From: Selaginella moellendorffii
Taxonomy: Eukaryota > Plantae > Lycopodiophyta
Direction of reading: 5' to 3'
Assembly (NCBI RefSeq): GCF_000143415.4
Contig: NW_003314331.1
Coordinates: 367,507 to 431,506, forward strand
Length of the DNA: 64,000 nt
Shown here one piece after another: positions 59,230 to 64,000 of this stretch; the stretch's first letter is position 1, and each line of letters begins with the position of its first letter. The notes under the pieces were generated by a model that did no database searches, was not told where the DNA came from, and was given only the letters and a program-made list of their open reading frames with translations. The position numbers and the translations under genes were made by a program.

Positions 59230-62200
59230 ACTCAATAATGAAACCTAACTACCGAGGATGGCAACAAACAGTTTACTAAAGATAACTCAAAGAACATAGA
59301 GTATCATTGACTAATAAGCATTATGATCGCGAATGTATCTTCTGAAGGAAATAACATCCCAATCTATCAAAGTTAACTTGAGCAATAATCAACAAAATAA
59401 AATGATTGCAGCAAAACCAACAAACACTCATTCATGCCAACTATCACACTAGCCAATCTAAATAGATCCCAGTCAATAATACCAAGGAACTCAAGTTGCT
59501 TAAGTAAGTGTTAGCAACATCCTACTGATGTCTCAAACCCAAAAGACCAATCCAAAGCAAACCACAAATAACATATGGTATTGCGAAAAACCATAAACCA
59601 CCAAGGAGAACAATTAACTATTATGAAAGAACATCAATCATCCCACCAATGAGGAGATACATAATCATCATCGAAGAAACAATCTACCATCCCAAAGAAC
59701 AGTAAATCATTTTATACCAACAATAATCAAGCAAAACCTTTTGACAGTGATAATCAACTATCCTAGATGACAGTCAATCATCACCAATGATTGCTAGATG
59801 TAAATATTAACTTCAACAGTGAAGTTATGAGCTAAAATGCCGTCCCCCAACAACTCCGAACAAATAGAATAATAAGCATAAAATTCAAAGAACCAAAAGC
59901 TTGAAGAAGCTTATAGCTAAGTCTTGTCTAACAATAATCACGAGTCTTACATGAACTAATTTCAATGCTAAAGAAGAAATCATGGTATAACCCACAATAC
60001 CCTCTTCAACACATCCATAAGCAAAACTTCATAATGCTAAAGCTAATGAAGAGTATATCTGCATCAACCCAAAAGCTAAGTACAATAGAGTTATGCTCAA
60101 CAAGTGATTATCAAATCGATCCTCCATGAATCCATTTTTAGCACGACATAACTCACTTCGTAACAAGCACAAGGAGAATCATCAATGATCAATATATCCC
60201 AACTCAAATCCAACAAAGAGTCAAATATTTCAATATCAATCACTAACTCTCTCTCACATAGAATTAATATAGTTCATGACTGAATCACTTTTAAAGGAAA
60301 AGCCAAAGCTGAACCCTCTACTAAATAGTCTCGTCTAGAACATAATTAACTCAAACTTGCCACTCAGTTTGTTTAAACGTCAACACAATTGCTAATTAGC
60401 AAATGCACAAATGCTAATAACACAAAGCCATAGCCAAATCATCAACACTATCTTCATCAAGACTAATGAAACTCAATATCATCCTACGAAGAAGACATCT
60501 CATTTCACTCAAATCTCAACATCAATAATGTCAATGACAAGACATCACTTCAGTGTCATCAACACCATAACAAAGCTAGAAGAAAGCACGAATGAATCAC
60601 CACCCAAAACTTCCTAGCAACTAAGCTAACTAAGGTCAAAGATACTTTATCTAGTATTCGAGACCAATCTTTTAGCAAAACTTAGTTACAGATAACACAT
60701 AATCAAGGAATGAATCACCACATCCAAAATTCAATAAAATCTAACACCATAGACTAAACGTCACCAAATGATATCGACAAAGGTAGAATCGATATGCCAA
60801 CATGGAAAACCCATGTAAGTATAATGACATGATCTTTCACAACACCATCCGATAAAGCAAGCCCATCACTGCTAAATCGTTATCGAGCGAAGCAAGTGTC
60901 AAACAGTCCTCGACAAAGTCTACAAGCAATCATTAGTTGTCAAACAACTGACAATCACTCTTTCAACTTGCCTTCACAAGACCCAAACACTAAACTCATG
61001 CCATCAAGTTATATACTTGTCCAATAGTAACGTAATACCTCATGTACGAGATATAGGTTCATGGACAAGCACGAACTAAATAACCACTCAAATCCAACTC
61101 AACCGAAATAAGCTCACTAATGCATTTAGCCAATAGCTCTGAACATGCCTTAAAGAGGCTAGCTATGCATGATCAACACTTAGTCGAAACTAAAGTGAAG
61201 ACCATAAGATGGACTCATATCAGTACACAACCTCCTCATAGACAAAGCTATAGTACGGGTACCAACATCTCAACCTCAAACAACTAAGTTAAATATCACC
61301 ATCTTTAGCCAAGGTGCAGGGCCACCAAGACCAAGTCAAGATCAGTGAGAGCTTACTACTCTCATAGAGTTTTAACAAAATGCAAGGTGCAACCTGCCAC
61401 TGAGCATAATACTACAAAAGAAAGGCACAAGAGTCACCCTTCTTAGAAAAGCACAACGGCCACTTTTCTACACCAACTCTAAACTCTATCAAACTCAATA
61501 GCTTTATCCTCAAGAAGTCAACACCCCTTTCGGGCTGCATCATACAAACTATTTACTAAGGTCTAAACCAACTAAAGTCAACTCCAACCTTTTCACTAGT
61601 TTGTACTGGCTTATGAAAATGGAATGGTTTTCGGGCAAAATGATTAACAGATCAGCCATTGGAAAAGCCTAAGAAAATTTGTGGAAAATTTTCCATCCTA
61701 GAGAAAGAATGCCTCCTAATTTAGGAATGCAAACTTTCAAGACAACCAACTTCCTCCTACTAACAATTTCACATAGGTTCACCTCATCACAAATTCTTAT
61801 GATCCATCAATATGCTTAAGCATCGAACCTCTTTGCCCATTTTCCGAATCCAACACCGACATCCGCAAAGTGCTAAATGAACATCCAAGGCTTGATCATG
61901 AAGACCATATCTTCGGACATTCACATTGCACTTCAACCACCTTCAAGATCTAATGTGAAGCCAAAACACTAACAAAGAAAAATGACATGGAAAATCAAAT
62001 ATTAAAGAAAATTCTTCATCACTTGAACAACAATGCTACTTCCACTAACACAAGTGCTAGCAAATGTCAATGCCTCAATTACATACCTTCTCCATCCAAC
62101 AATCTACTCCAAGTGCTAACAGATCAACCAATGAGCTATAGCAAATGAATGCTACAACCCTTTTATAACACCTCATGGGCAAACTCTCAAGGAAACAAGG

Positions 62201-64000
62201 TACCAACTTAAACTTAGCATAATAGACCACTATCGAGAATCCAGTCAAAGCTACTACAATGCTACTATATGTAAGTAGACTAGCTTCACTATCAACCACT
62301 TTGGGGTTGATCATCATTTAACTAAGTAACTTCGTAAACACATTACTCATCATCACATGGATATGATATAAAATTACAACGACTTGATCATCAATCAAGC
62401 AACATCTGTGTCATTACTTCAAAGGTTCATGTGACTATCAAGTGCCAACTCAATTCAACAAAATGCAACATAAATGCCACACTTCACCGATAGAGATTAC
62501 GACACCTAACACCATTAACTTTTGTTCACAACATGGACAAGCTCATGCCACTCTCTTTCCGACCAAAACTCAAAACTAATCCAACACCAAGCTACTCAAG
62601 GAGCAATAACAAGGTTCCCCGGAGAAGAATTGAGCATTGCAACTTAAGTTTTCCAATAGCAAGCCCAAACTAAATGGTTTAGCATTTCACCACTATTCAT
62701 CCCACGACTCATCACTTGCAAGACCATCATTTCCAACATACATCAAAGTAGGGACTCTTGATTGCATAATGTGAACACGAGCAATGAGTGAACACTTCGT
62801 TGCAAATCGTGTCTCAAGAAGAGAAAATGATTTACGTGTTTGATACTTTGTCCCTAATGACTCTCTTTTCGGTCTCATCTTTAACTAAACCTTAAGTTTG
62901 CTTTCGCACTGCCTTCAATCCAATCCAAGAAAAGTTTATGAGAGAGCACCGCAATGACTACTTGAACCAATAGACTAATCCTTATAGTCTTGATTGATCC
63001 ACTTGTAAACATGCTTAGGAAGGATCCACTAGTGCCGTGCTAAACAGCTATGGACCAGCCTATTTACCACTCATTGCAAACCCAGGGAAGGTTTACTTTC
63101 ACTTATGGTACATGGAACAACTCACAAAACCACCAATAGGCTAACATCAATCCTGCCAACTCAAAATGTAACTTTGAGTTGCTAATGTGCCTCACTCACG
63201 AGCCTAATCACCTTTTTATTCTATATTATTTGAGCTTGCTCTTGGGCTCATAAGATGGACTGAGTTGTTCCGTTTGCATGAGTTTTTGAACCAAATCCAT
63301 ACCCAAGGAACAATTGCGAAGTCTTAGCACCCAAACGTGTACCCACTTGGATCATCGTTTTCATCTCTGCATATGCAACGAGACTAGTTGCCCAATCTCA
63401 TTGAATAGTACTCGCTGAGACTTATCCTCTGATACCAAATGTAGTGCATGTGGTTTTTACCCTTTATCCTATGGTGATTTACCATAGGATAACACCACGA
63501 AGTGGAACCTAAACCCTCTTTGTGCCACGTGATAGATGCCATGTGTCACATGCCATGTGTCCAACAGACAGTGGTGTGGAACCCGAGTTTCAGGGCCTTG
63601 GGCCACTGAACGAAGGAACAGTGCCAAACTCCCAAGCATGGAGCCAAGGAGTGACAAGACTAAACCACGAAGCAACTTCTGAGCATATAGCCCAAGGAGC
63701 GAAGGGATAGGGGCACGGAGCGACTTAAAATAGTCCTAGAGTATCCAACATCCCAATGCCAGGACCAACATGCAAAATAGAGCTCAATGGAGTCTGGTAC
63801 TATTTCAGTATACTGGTGGCCTAACGTGAGGATATGGGTACTCCACCAGCTAACATGGAGTGGAACTTAGGCTTAGACCCAAGCCAGACGCAAAACAAGG
63901 ACAGGCACGCAAGCAAGAGCTAAACTATACCTCAGGTTGGTCAACCATGCCCAACCTACCCACTATCCCCACTATACATTTGGAACCCCCCACAGCAGCA

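Larger units (their letters stand above)
56735..64000 (-). mobile_element. LTR retrotransposon complex (degenerate internal region, nested; runs off the window)
   Basis: TGTAA start at the WEE1 breakpoint; strongly strand-biased internal region with no intact ORF; minus-strand PBS TGGTATCAGAG at 63427-63437, with LTR-like TGTA at 63440. Confidence 0.75.

Overview
Eukaryotic, gene-dense plant nuclear DNA with very short GT-AG introns (about 47-70 nt). The compactness, PLS-class PPR relics and gene content suggest a lycophyte such as Selaginella (inference, not database-checked). Left third: a THUMP/RlmL-type RNA methyltransferase, a vasculin/GPBP1-like gene, a duplicated 70-aa membrane microprotein, a callose synthase pseudogene, one intact non-RD S-domain receptor kinase with two decayed copies, an N-terminally truncated SKIP/SNW gene, VTA1/LIP5, retroelement debris and a PQ-loop transporter. 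The 26-55 kb region is a duplication-rich zone. It holds six copies of an uncharacterised gene family in two subfamilies: three broken 'A' copies and three intact 'B' copies of about 280 aa, all sharing one intron position. Their motif order matches the alpha-hemolysin/leukocidin beta-barrel pore-forming toxin fold by eye. This is the main candidate for a novel system and is an inference that needs structure prediction. The B gene travels in a module with an At5g64816-like Cys-rich gene, fimbrin and TM-gene relics, and two modules form a 3-kb-arm inverted repeat. The right end is a WEE1 pseudogene broken by an LTR retrotransposon, which itself contains a nested solo LTR with a perfect 5-bp TSD. 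All family assignments come from motif recognition by eye; coordinates of degenerate features are approximate.
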